NCBI GenBank assembly: GCA_000708835.1 | Contig: DF237440.1 | Location: 1 to 64,000, forward strand | Origin: Klebsormidium nitens | Taxonomy: Eukaryota > Plantae > Klebsormidiophyceae | Direction of reading: 5' to 3' | Length of the DNA: 64,000 bases | Shown here: in pieces, positions 1 to 12,100 of the stretch | Position numbering within the stretch: the first letter of the stretch is position 1 | Layout: every line of letters starts with the position of its first letter | Notes under the pieces: generated by a model | What the model saw: the letters and a program-made list of their open reading frames with translations, nothing else | The model's database searches: none | What the model was told of the DNA's origin: nothing | Translations under genes and position numbers: made by a program

Positions 1-442
1 ACAGATGCGCTTCAAAGTGCTCGCTGCGGAATCCCCGGTTGAACTGCCGTCCCAGATCCTAACCGGGAAGCCTGTTGTGTCGGCGCCTTCAGCCACAGGG
101 AGCAAGCAGGATTTACTGATTATCACTCAGATGCCCTTCATTGAAATGCGAACCCGCTTAAAGAGGGCGTCTACCCGATCATGTGGCTTGCGGCAACATC
201 CGGATCTTGGGGTAACGACTGCTCGCCGCTGCGAACTCTGCTCACGTGGCTTTTGCAAGCGACTGCAAAGGTACGTTCCCGAGCATCTTGTCGCCGTGTG
301 GGACTTGTCCCTTTTAAAGGATTGGCAAAATTACGTCTGTGATGGACCCTGAGACACTGTCCCTATCCAACACGGAGACTTTCGATCGTGTTGCAACCCG
401 TGTCGTTCCCTCCGGTGAACATGGACATTCCGTTCCGCTCAC

Positions 443-2034
443 CTGTCGCTGAACCCGGGGCCCCTCGATGAGTTCCGTCCCCGCGGGCAGACCCTGCGTC
501 GAGTGGCCCACGTGTCTCATCTCGAAGCAGTCCGCCGCGGTCTTGGTTCCGGTCAGCAGCTGCAGGTGGCGCGTAACGGAACCGTCGCTCAGAAGCATCA
601 TGTGCCACGCCGGGGGGAGCAGCGCGCGCAAGCTGTTGTCGCTCATGCAGGTGTCGGCGTGCTCCTAGAAGGAGAACGACGGTGTGTAACGGCGGGTTAG
701 CGGTGAAACGCGTGAACCCGTATACGGTCCGAAGCGGAACGAAAATCGATGCGATAACCCGGCCGCGACGCGCGGACGGCCGACGCGAAATCGATATATA
801 AATTACGGAAGCGCCTTAGTGTGCATCCAGTCGACAGCTTTTTGGATGCATAGCCGAGCGGCTAAGGCGGTCCGCTTCCGTACCGTTACAACGTGGGCGT
901 GGTTTCGACATATCAGGACTTTCTTCTGCTAACTGATCGTTGACCATGTTGTAATAACAAAAAAGTCAATAAGTCGAAGATAGGCGGACAAGAGTAGCGC
1001 GGTGTCGTCCATGCAGATGTCGGCGCCTTCCTGGAAGCAGATTGTGGGCGGGGTTGGCTGAAATAAAAGAGGCGCGGAAACGCGGAAGGCGACTTTTTGA
1101 GTTGGACGTAAGCGGACAGAAGTAGCACGTTCTCGTCATGCGGATGTTGGCGCGCTTCGGGAAGGAAAACAAGGCGGGGTTCATTGTCAGGTAGTAGACG
1201 AGAGTGGGCCGGAAAGCGGAAGGTAATCGTTGAATCATGCATTGAAAACCTAGAACCCTTGAAAAAGAGGCGGGGCCGAACACGTTGTCGCTCATGCAGA
1301 CGCCAGGGCAATTCTGAAAGGGAACTGCGGGTGGGGTGGAGTATCAGCTGGTACATAGAAACGTGTCGAGAAGCGGCAAGGTGATCATCTGGTCTCGGAG
1401 AACCGATCGGGTTTAGCACGCTTTCTTTCAAGCAGTCGTTGGCGCGTTCTTGAAAGCCTGGGCGAAGTTGACTCTTTGTGTAGATGGAAAAGCGCAGAAG
1501 AAGAAGGCGATCTTTGAGTTGGAAAAAGGTGGGCGAATCAGTGCGCACAGCCCTGTTGCCGCTGCCCACAAACACTGGCGCGTTCTTGGATGTGCACTCG
1601 GGGGCGGATCTGCTGAACCATACGCGCCGGTTGTTTACATGAGAGGAACGGCAGTAACAGAGGTGAGGGGAGGGGGGTGGATATGCACCCCGCAGAATGA
1701 ACACTCGACTGCACGATAAGCACTCGGCTTGACTTTCTTCGAACTAGTATCAGGACCTTCGAGAGTTCAGGCAGAAACGTCCTGATCAGAAACGCCCTGA
1801 CGAGACACGAAAGCGTTTGAGCTTGGTGCTTGGTATTCTGGTCACGGGTCTGCTTGCATCTGAAGACAGAAGGGTGTAACTCGAGCGAGAGTAGTTTAGG
1901 AAGTTTGTGAGTAGAGTACAGCATGACGCAAGTGCTTACCTCATATAATGGCTCGACTGCGTGCCAGCTTGCGGTTGCGAGAGCGTGAGGGTCCAGCAGA
2001 GGCTGAAGGGGCCTCAAATCGGAGAGTTGAAGCT
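443..2034 (-). CDS. Ycf21/DUF98-family chorismate pyruvate-lyase-like protein (partial; supported exons 2034-1940 and 664-443)
   Basis: The spliced translation ...ASWHAVEPLYE|EHADTCMSDNSLRALLPPAWHMMLLSDGSVTRHLQLLTGTKTAADCFEMRHVGHSTQGLPAGTELIEGPRVQRQ| matches the Ycf21/DUF98 motifs PxWxxLLxxDGSxTRHLQLLTG and I(P/E)GPRxRRQV. GT/AG sites are phase-compatible (donor at 1939, acceptor at 665, donor at 442). The 5' exons are uncertain and the 3' exons lie outside the window. Confidence 0.8.
685..890. mobile_element. Solo-LTR-like or small inverted-repeat element in an intron
   Basis: Termini TGTAACGG (685-692) and CCGTTACA (883-890) are TG..CA inverted repeats. There is an internal TATA-like ATATATAAAT (794-803) and a nested hairpin (TACGGAAGCG/CGCTTCCGTA, CCTTAG/CTAAGG, TGCATCCA/TGGATGCA). 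No perfect target-site duplication is visible. Confidence 0.4.
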
Positions 2035-3689
2035 CTGCACACGGCAGAGAAAAAGGATGGACAAAGTTCAGGCGGCCTGCGTGCGTCTTGGCAATCCAAG
2101 CGTATCGTGAGTTCGCTTTGTACCAACCACATAGTTGCGGAAGTGGCGTTACTAAGATCAGTGCTCAATATGCTCAGAAGCTAAGTCCCGATGATTCTTG
2201 TGCAGATGATGGTCTGCTCGAACATTCCTGTTAGCTTTTGATCAAGAGCTTACATGTTCAAGGCACAACTAGGGAAGAGACAGAAGTAAGAATGTTGAAA
2301 GAACAAGCGCTGCCGATAATGTACCTTTCCGAACACACGACTCCATCATACTGGACGAACTCCGGTCCTGCTTGTGTCCAGCTGGCTAATCAGCAACCAT
2401 GTGCTTGACATCCGCTGCCTTACTGGCGTTGTCTTGATTCTCCATTGGTGTTCACTTGCTAAGATCTGAATTCCAGTGGGTGCAAAATGTACGCCACATT
2501 TGGTCATTCTAAGAAGCAGCCGTTCTCTCACTACCAAGCACAGGTTCTATGTCCAACATCTGTATTGCACATTTGGCCCCCGGCCCCTCACCTTGATCTG
2601 ACAGGAAGAATCTCCGCACAAACCAGAGGAACCCCTTACCTGATGCTCTCCTCCTTGATTGCAACTCTTGCTGAGAAGATAACATCGCGGTGTTGCGGAT
2701 CGGTCCGGCAGCTCCCAATACCCCACGGAACTGGTCTTGCATGACTCCTTGCTCTGGGAGTGGATCCGTGTGTTGGTGCCATGATCTCGAATCGGGAGCA
2801 AGCGGTGCTTGGACTAGAGCGGCGAAGCTGGAAAGAAGTAAGAGGCTGCGCTTGTGGTTAGGAACGCTCTTGGCCTGCTGGCTGGGTGCATGCTGACAAG
2901 GAGGCGCTGCTTTGAGGGAGCCGAATGTTGAGTGCTGAGCCACCGCCGTGGCTCTTTGACTGACCATGGGCAGGCACTCAAAATGTCTGGGGTTGCCAAA
3001 GCAAGTGGCCTACTAACCTTGACTGCGAATCAATTCAGCAAGCAACCGGGAAGTGAGCTTTTTAAGCGGAGGGCAGGATGTGCGCTAGTGAGAGAAGCAA
3101 GGATGGCTGGATGTTACAACCAGGTTGATGTGCTGTTGTAACTCAGAATATCACATAGAGCTTTCCCTAGAAAGCGTGGTCCTCATAATGATTGGACCTG
3201 TGCTGAGCTGGCTGCGGAGCTAAGGATCCTGCAGGCAGAAGGTGGAAAGAAGGTCTGAGTACTCTGATGGAGATTGGACTGATGTCTTTGACAATGCCTT
3301 GACGAATCTCAGCAAACAAAGATCGGGCTGATAGCTGCAGGTGAGACTCAGCCCAGGTACATACATGTTGATGAAGGTGTGGAGCATACAGTACGTCCAC
3401 AGTCCTCCTGACATGCGCTTCGAAGATTGCCATCGAACGTAGAAATTTGCTTGCCTGGTGGGCTCAAAACCCTACATTTAGATATGGAGCACGAGCGCTT
3501 GCTGGTATATCTGCAAACCTTCCAGATTTTCAGGAGGTAGACTTGAAAAATCAAAGAAAAAGCAGTACTGTATCCAGTTGGCCAACTATTATGACCCCCT
3601 GCACGGGTGTACCTCACTAGTGACCTAAAAAGAGCAGATTTACTTACTGGCAAAAAAACACATCCAAGAGCTGTTGACATCAAGTTCAA

Positions 3690-4068
3690 TCCTCGTGGCC
3701 GCAGTAAGATCCCAGTTTGCTTTTGCCTCGATTACCTGAGAGAAGTTGTTGTGATGATGCTCCGCGGAGTTGTGATCTGAGCAATGCTGCAAGCACCGCT
3801 GTGCCTTTACTGCTGATCTCGGTCCTCTTCAGTCTGAGAATCGATGGAGAATTTCAGCTGCGGGGGGGGAACCCAGCTTCTTTTGCTAGTCCAAAGCCGT
3901 CCCATAAGTCCCAAAGGTGTAAAAACGGACGCAGCTGTTAACTTGATGCAGGCCGAGGATCAGATCGAGCTCGCTAAGGCGCTTTGTGCATCCGGGAAAT
4001 AGGTAGGACAATTGGTCGACATCTGGGAGGAGCTCAAGCAGCTGGACGCTGGTTGAGCTGGCAGTCAA
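3690..4068 (-). pseudogene. Possible degenerate LRR-containing gene fragment
   Basis: Fragments in different frames (CTKRLSELDLILG; LRLKRTEISSKGTAVLAALLRSQ) resemble RI-like LRR units. They are interrupted by stops and frameshifts. Confidence 0.25.
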
Positions 4069-4836
4069 ATTTTAGTGCAAATAAATGATGAATGACTGAT
4101 CGCAGCTGCAGCAAACTGAGGCCTTATAGGACGAGCTTCTGATCAAGACCTGTCCCTGCTTAGACTTTGCCCACTGCTATATAAGTAGCTCCACTTAGTC
4201 AGCACGTTCCTTGTAAGTTGTAACGGCTATGGACATATTATATGGAGATTAAGTATAGCCATTTATAGCCATATAATACATTTAAATGGCGAATGAGAGG
4301 CTGTCTGCGTCGCCTTCATGCTAGGCATGTCAGTCCCTCGGCCTGTGAAACTGCGGTATCACCCCGACCGGGAGTCCATGTTGTCACAAACGAGTCTCGT
4401 GAAACTGCCATTTCATCCACACTTCAAGCAGCTCCAGCTAGGTCAGTCAGAGGCAAAGAGCCGCTACTCTGAAAAGCACCTTCCGGTACCCCAGAAAACG
4501 AGCTGATCAAAACGTGAAAATCAATGCTACAATTTACAGCTTCTTTCGAGCAACCTGCCAGTTTTAGTGAAAATTCTAGACTAAATTAAGCAGTCAGTTG
4601 TTGAGTGAAATTTGTCTAATCTAGATGACACTAAAACTGGCAGGTTGATCGGGAGAAGCTGTAGTAACAGGTTTTAATGTTAACAATATCATTCTTTTGA
4701 TCTGGTGCCATCGGCCAGCCACCAGGGCAAGCGTTTTGGGTCAAAGACGGGTCAAAGCAACCACAAAGAAGGTGGAAATCGATTGGATGACGTAGCCAGA
4801 ATCCAATCATTGACAAAAACAAATTAATTGTTCAAG

Positions 4837-4930
4837 AAGAGCATGCACCGGGTTTATGTACGCCGGCGGCCGGCGGCCGAGAGGAGTGGGCCGTCACCCC
4901 TCAATAATAATCCAGATCGAGGGTATCGGT
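4837..4930. repeat. Dispersed two-box repeat, copy 1 (copy 2 at 22233-22311)
   Basis: Shares AAGAGC..ACCGGGTTYATGTACGCC and an identical 21-mer ATCCAGATCGAGGGTATCGGT with 22233-22311, in the same orientation with a different spacer. Confidence 0.75.
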
Positions 4931-6157
4931 GATGTCGCCCAATTAATCCATGGCAGGGTTTGAAGCTTATGGTGACGTCAGCGCCATCATCCAGATGGTA
5001 CGGCATATCCGTACGTTCTATCGGGAGGAAAGAATCGTAAATAGAAGGGAGTGTGAATCAGGGAGTTTGTGACCATCGCAACAAAGCTCTAAATTGTAAA
5101 TAAGAAAACTGACGGTATTCACATTCTCTGACACACATAGCACATGATCCTCAGGAATAAATCCTCTGACAGAAGTTAATAGAGATGCATGCGATCGATC
5201 GAGACCGTTGGTGACGACAAATTCCCGGGAGGGTTATATGATATATCGGTCGCAATTTCGCACCTATTACATTTTCCGGCTGATCTGTGAGTAATCTTTT
5301 CTCGCGGGTTTCTTGCGAGTTCTCGCCGATTCTGTCCATTTCGGCCGCAAGAAAATTTGACAGGCAACTTTTTCTTGTGGCAGCTGTTCTTGCCGGTTCT
5401 TGTGCGGCACATAGCTTATGCCATCCACCCGCGTAAGGTCGACTTCGGATACCACCGAAGCCGTCCGATTGCCTTCCGGTGCTTGAATCGAAGCCATTTT
5501 CAGCCGTCAGATCATAGCTGTTGGGCCGGGCAGAAAAGACTTGAGCAGAGTACAGCCCGGTGCGCATAACCGGTCTTTCCTTGCCTGTTCTGGCTGTTTC
5601 ACAAGAAAAGCGGCAAGAAAAGATTCACAAGAAAGTTGAGAGAGAGCGGGGTGCCAGTGGTCGGCCGCGGCCCGCAGGGTCCATTGGCATTAGGGAGGGA
5701 CGGTATGTAAGTCTGTAAGAGCGCGTAAGCGAACCAAGAAAGGGATGTTGTCTACCGGCCAGGGTATTGATCGCTGTCTTTCCCGAAAACGTTGCTTCCG
5801 AGGTCATGACAGGACTATCCTGAGGATACCGTACCCCTGTGACGCGTATCAAGGACGCCTGGTGTGGCACTCATCAATGCGCCCAAACGACTTTCCAAAG
5901 CTGTGGACATCTGCGCAGCGGTGGATCGCGTTGGAAGTACCTACATCAAGTTCAAGTTCACCTATGCCACATACAGGTGTCTGGCAGCTGCTATACTCCA
6001 GATATTCCTCAGCAAGCTGCAGGCCAGCTGATCAGGTGTGCGAGCAATGAGCTTTCATCAGCAACAGCGACTTCATTAATCCAGCTAAAGGGACACCCAG
6101 CCGCCTTCGCTCGGCTGAGAAACTCATTCTGGATTGACCGCGTATTGACATGTCAAC

Positions 6158-9100
6158 ATGGCTGATCCCAGGCATGCTGCGAGGACCCTCCCCAAGGTGC
6201 TGGCCTTGCAAGCGGCGCACAGAGGAGATCAGCCCTTTCTGCTGCTGCCCCGAGTAAGGATTACGTTGACGACCAGATTGGGCTGGCTCACTTGCAAATA
6301 CTCTGGCAGTTTCTTGTCACCTACGTCAATGCTGTTGAAAAGGTCATTCACCAGTACTGGAACCGCTTGGATCTTCCGCTGATCGAAGCATAGTGTTCGT
6401 GCACAGAATGCTGATGCAAGCAGGATGATCAACATGACCGTCCAGCATGGGATGCAGATTTTGGTATCGATGTCTGTTTGAGGCCAGAAGAATTAGGGCC
6501 AGATTTTGCTTTACTGCGCCAACTTATCCATGCTTATTGACTCATTTTGCAGCCTCAAAACAATGAGATTCCGAAGGATCAGATAGCGGACGGTGCGCTC
6601 AAGTACGACAAAGTAACTTTCAGCCAGTTTCAGCAGCTGACTTTCCAGGTGAGATTCTAGGTAACGCTACTCAGAGCAACCCGCAGAAGTGGCTTGAAAC
6701 CCTTGCTCTCTTCATTGAAGGGAGTTGGAGCAACCCTGGAGTCAGAGACAGCATTGCCTTTGATTGCTCTTGAAACTGCTCCAGTAGTACCGCATTGCTG
6801 CCCTCTACTCCTGAATGCACCCCAACCGGAGAGTCAAACCGTCACATGCTGTGACCTACATTATACCACCCCTTTTTGCCTCGCCAGCCCTTCTTGTCAT
6901 CTGCCCATCTGCCGAACCCTGTCTCCTGTCAGAACATCTTTTACTTCTGTCAGCACGGCACAGCTTAATGAAGAACCTCTGGTCTGATCAATGTGTTAGT
7001 AGCCTTTGCTGATACGCTGCCCTCTTCTGCGACAGGCTCGGGCCCAACTTGTTGAAGTGACGACACCTTTGGGCGGCACATGCCGCATCAGGAAGGGCAA
7101 CCGCACGGCCATCTTGGCGAGCAACTCCCCCGAGTATGTTGTGGCCACGTTTGCGGTGTGGCTGCAGGGGGCGATGGCCGTCAACCTCTCGACGCGCGTC
7201 GGAGATGAGGCGCTGCAGGTGCTGCCCCGTCACACATGCGTTTGCATTTACGAGTAGCGGGTGTTTAAATCGATAAGTCAAGTAGGAGTCCAAGGGCTTT
7301 GGACCATCTTCGGAAACAAACGATTTCAGCCTGAGGCTTTGAATACGTTGTTGCAGGTCCTAAAATACTGATTCAAAAGTCAGGCCCACTGAGGTTTCAG
7401 GTTTTCAAGACTCTTTGGCTGTGGGCTCCAAGGCTTCCATTGTTTCCAATCCCTTCTTCAGATCCTTTGTTGACTTCAGCCATCCCCCTTGCAGCATTTG
7501 GTGTCCCAGGCCGCCCCTTCGGTGCTGCTGGTCTCGCAGGAGTGCGAGGCTGCGGCAAAGCGGGTGGTGAAAGTGAGGCCTCAGACCATAGACACTGACC
7601 GGACACAGTTGTTAAGGCCTAATCTTCTTTGTGAGCTCCGCAAAGCATTTCGGTTCTCATTCGAACGACTATTTATTTGGGAATTTCAAGTTAGCCATAA
7701 TCACATCTTTCATTGCAGCTTCCCTGGAAATCCACGCAGTATCATTGGAGTTGCATTGTGTTCGGGTTCAGGAACACAACCTCCAATATCAATCTTGCAT
7801 TCCCTTCTTGACGCTCGGGTTAGCGCCTCCTTAGGCAAGCTTTTAAAGGCAAGGGTCCTAACAGTCCTGGCAGCAACTGACGTGCGTTTGCTTGTGCCCC
7901 GACCGCGCGGTGCATGTCAAACCGTCACTTTGTTACTTTACAGACGCTCAATGTCCAAGACCGCCCGTTGCTCCTGCGGCTGAACACGGGGGCGCTGGCA
8001 GGAGCGGTTGCCTCTGGCGCGAACGTCCTGCCTCCGATGTTCAGAACAGTAGTGGATGGCAAGATGAACGGCCACTCAACGCAAAGCAACGGTGCGAAGG
8101 AGGGCCACGTGGCCACCGCAAAAGTGGACGATCGAGACTATTCAGAGGTAAGCAAATGCAGCAGATTGTGTTACACGACATAGTTGGCTAAAAGCCAGTG
8201 GTGGTTGTTTGGGGAAGCAGTGTAAGTGTTGGGGTGGTCTTCAAAGAGAGCCCCTTGCCTCTGGATACCTGTGCATATGAGGCTTCGGATCATTCGCAGA
8301 CTTGACTGCTAGCGCCAAATTTCTGGCCCGTTCTGCAACTCAGTGTCACAGGATGTCAGAGGATTATGCCGAGCTTGACATAGGATTATGCCTGCTGTGG
8401 TGTCCAAAGAATGGACGGATCGACTTGCGGTTGTCACGTTCGATCTCTTCTTCGTAGTTCGAACGATCACATTCGATCTTGGGGCATGCATCTTAGACCC
8501 TGTAGCCATATCTGGTGCGATTTGAACAGGGCGCTGGACTGTGACGCACTCTGATGAAGCCCAAACTAGTGACGTCCCAGAAAATTGGATAGGGGACAAG
8601 GGATCGGATGCTCACAGAATGGAAGGAGGAAGAACGTGGACGCTTGATCCAGCTTGAGAGACCCCCTTGCAGCAATAACTCCTTATGATCAACGGTCTGG
8701 ATTGACGGATGTACTGATTTTGACTATGGATCCAAGGGGGAATTATGAAAGGGGGTCCCTACAGAGTCCGCCGGGTCGGAGTCCCCTTTCCGTTCTCACA
8801 CTTCTTTCTTCCGCGCCTCAGGCCTTTGCTCCGGCGGTCATTCTGCACACAGGAGGCACCACCGGGCTGCCCAAGCAGGTCGTCCATAACCACCACAGCC
8901 TGGTCGAGGTGATACGCAGGATGCACGTAAGTTACTCCAAACCAGGACCCGGTTTTTCAACCCACCTTCGAGTACAGCTGGCAGGAAGGATGTAGTCCAG
9001 CGCTAATCTGAAGAAGGGTCAGTCGCATCGATTCTCAAAACGGGGTCAACCTTCAGAGCGCATGTGCTTTATCAAGAGGACCTTTCCTGTATACGGAACC

Positions 9101-12100
9101 AGTCTTGAACAGTCATTTATAATTGAATTTATAAGAGGGTCCTGATTATATCGGATGGCAGTACTGGTCCACCTTACGCCTCACAGCAGATCGGGGTTTC
9201 GAGCGACCTTTTTCAGAGCTTGTCACTTAGCAAGGCCTTTCTTAGAAGGAAGCTTTTGGCCTTCGAACGGACCGAATCAGATCCAGCGTCCGTCTCGGCA
9301 TCTGTACCCTCTTTGGAAAGTAGGGTTGACTGGCCTGGGACACGTCCTTACATCCGCTCCGCTTCTTCCAACAGCCAACATCGTTGCTTCCGCCTTGCAA
9401 ACGCCTCCCGTGCTTCTTTTTTCCTCTTTCTTTCGGCGCCAAGGGACCCTTACTGTGCAATTTCCATACGCTATCCTTCTATAAAGTACCTTTCTTTCCA
9501 CGCAGGATCTGGACCCCCCGTACGCTCCCCCGGGCACTTTGCCCATCCAGCTGGGCTGGATGCCCCTCTTCCACGCGCTCGGGTTCATTGCCGAAGTCGG
9601 CCTGCCCCTCTATTCGGGCTCGCCCTACTACTCGGCCAAAGTGCGTTGAACCGGCTCTTGCTCCACGCTTTCGATTCCTGTCAAGACCTGAGCCTCCTCT
9701 TGGACTGTTCTAGGAGGCTGACACATTTGTTTGCTGACGTCTTACTCGGCCAAAGTGCGTTAATAGCGGCCCTTTCATTGTACGCTTCTGACCTTTTCCT
9801 AAGGCCTTACCTCTTAAGCTGATGGATCCACGTTTTCAGGATCCCGGTGTCCACTGTCTGCTGACGTCACAAAATGTCCAGCCACGGTCGGAAATTTAGC
9901 TCTCCAGTCGCGGTCTTTCATAGAGTGTGGAGAGGAGCGATTCTTTCAGAAAGGCCAAAAGGTTTGACGCCTTCCGCAAAAGTCACAGCCCTAGGGACAT
10001 TGGTAAAAGGTTGCTCGTATTTTCTCGGGTCATTCCCAGACGACATCTGAAAATCTCTCAGGAAGCGATGCCTCGCTCTGATCACAAAGACCCTGCTTGC
10101 TTCACCAGCGGCATATTTGCTCGCACCAAACCTTCGCGCGCTTCTCACCGGCCGTGTCTGCAGAGCAATTGCAGCAGCGTCGAGAGCTTCGTTGTCCAGA
10201 TGCGGCCGCTGAGCACGCAAAAAAGTCCTAGTCCCTAACCCGCAAACACTGCCCCTGGTGGGCCCATCGTATTCCTACGTCGTCTCAAACCTCCATTTCT
10301 CTACTATCCTTAAGTTCCAAAACCATGGGTAACCCAAAACCCTACAAACCTAAACCCATGAAACCCTGGATTGCAGTTCGCGGCCGCGCCTTCCGCCGAG
10401 GGCCTCCTCCAGGCGATCGAGGACAGCGGGTCGCACCTCATGTTCGTGGTTCCAATGATCGCCGAGCAGTGGTGCCACATGATTAGGCGGGAGGAGGAAG
10501 AGCACGGGTAAGCACTTCCACTTTTCTGGATCACCAATGAACAGCAAGCTCAGGAAACCTTAGCCCCGGACGTAACCAGAAAGCCAAACCTAAGGTCACA
10601 CGCACTCCACACCCGCACCCCCCCTATCCCCCTAACTACTCACATGGTTTGGCATGAGGAGGAACACCACTGGTCAGGCAATCAAATTTCCAATCTCCAT
10701 TGAACCTTAAGCTCAGAAAACCCTAAGCCCCCGACGTAACCAGAAAGCTAAACCAAAGGTCACACACGCTCCGTACCCGCGCTCCCCCGAACCCCCTAGA
10801 TAACCACATGGTCAGGCGGGAGGAGGAACAGCACGGGTCAGGCTAACCCTCCCTGCCAATTGGCCTCATTTCGATCGCTTCGATCCGTTCGTTTGTTCAA
10901 TCTGGGCTCTTACTTTCAGTTGGGATACGTAACTAGCGCCAACGCTGCGCTCGTTTGTGATAGTTCTACATCTACATGCCGGGAGCGTTTCTTCTTTTCT
11001 CATCCGTCCAGTGGAGCAAGATCGATGGAGACGTCCCCCTTCTCGCTGATGGCTCTGAAAAAGTCGAAAGCCGTACGTAACAATGGTTAAAGATTGGTCA
11101 GCCTATCTGTGATGGGTCACAAGGCTCGTACAGTTTCCCCTGTCTTAGGAGTGCAGTCACCTGGATGATCAGTTTCTGGAACCCTGTGCCAAATGACGTG
11201 CCAGCTCAGGTCGGGCGTTCTTGCCATGCTTGCAGGGAGTCCAAGACGCTGTTAACTCTCTTGACACTGCACGCGCTTATCTACTCGGGGGCCCCCCTCG
11301 CTGAGTGGGCCGGGTCATTCCTGGTGTCAAAGTAAGCGTCCTGTCTATCACGTAAGCCAGCTTTCTTCGAGTGAGCCTGCTTCGTCCGCAGATACTGAGC
11401 GTCTTCCATGATACGAGGTTTCCCAACCCGTTACAGATTGACGTTGAAAGCAAGCTAGGTCGCATGCCGGCGCGTAGCATGCCCTTGGGAGACCCGGCTT
11501 TGTGTCAGAACCCATGGAAGGAGATCTTGGACTCCAGTTTTCGGTTTCTGACCCCCATACCTTCTGGTATCCCCATGCGCGAGCAGCTGAAGACTCCCAC
11601 TGACCACGTGTAACCTAGAGGTAGCCCCATAGGAACGTAACCTCTTACACTTGCTGTCGGCGGACCCAATAGGTTCTCACCGGGGCTCAAATGGGTTGCA
11701 TGTTGAAGTGGTTCCGGTCCCCAGATCCTCAAAATAGTGACCGGGTGATTTGGAACGTAACCAGTCTTCTGAGTCGCGCGCGCACAGCATACCACCCATT
11801 GTGGGGGTCCAGAATGGACAACTGGAGTCCACGTTCTCCTTCCCCGGGTTCTGTCAGGAAGGGTTATCCTTGTCGTTGCTACTGCCGAATCTGTGTTGCA
11901 CGCTCTATTCGGACGTCTGATGCCGCCGCTATCAACGCCGTCATACTTCGACAAGGCCTGTTCACAAGGCACATACTTATCCCGTCTGAAGCGTCGAAGA
12001 CCTCACCAGAGCAGGAAGTCTTGAATACTCAGACAAAGTCTTAAAAATGCTTTCGCGAGCAAATCTCCTGGCGTTTGACATGGGCCCCTTCTAGTTGATA

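Noticed and set aside
913-1704. 263-aa minus-strand ORF
   Set aside because: It lies in the Ycf21-like intron, crosses the shadow repeats and has no recognisable motifs.
10318-10368. Telomere-like AAACCCT(A) runs (also GGGTTAG x3 at about 38177-38224)
   Set aside because: Short and irregular; similar C/A-rich tracts are common in these introns.
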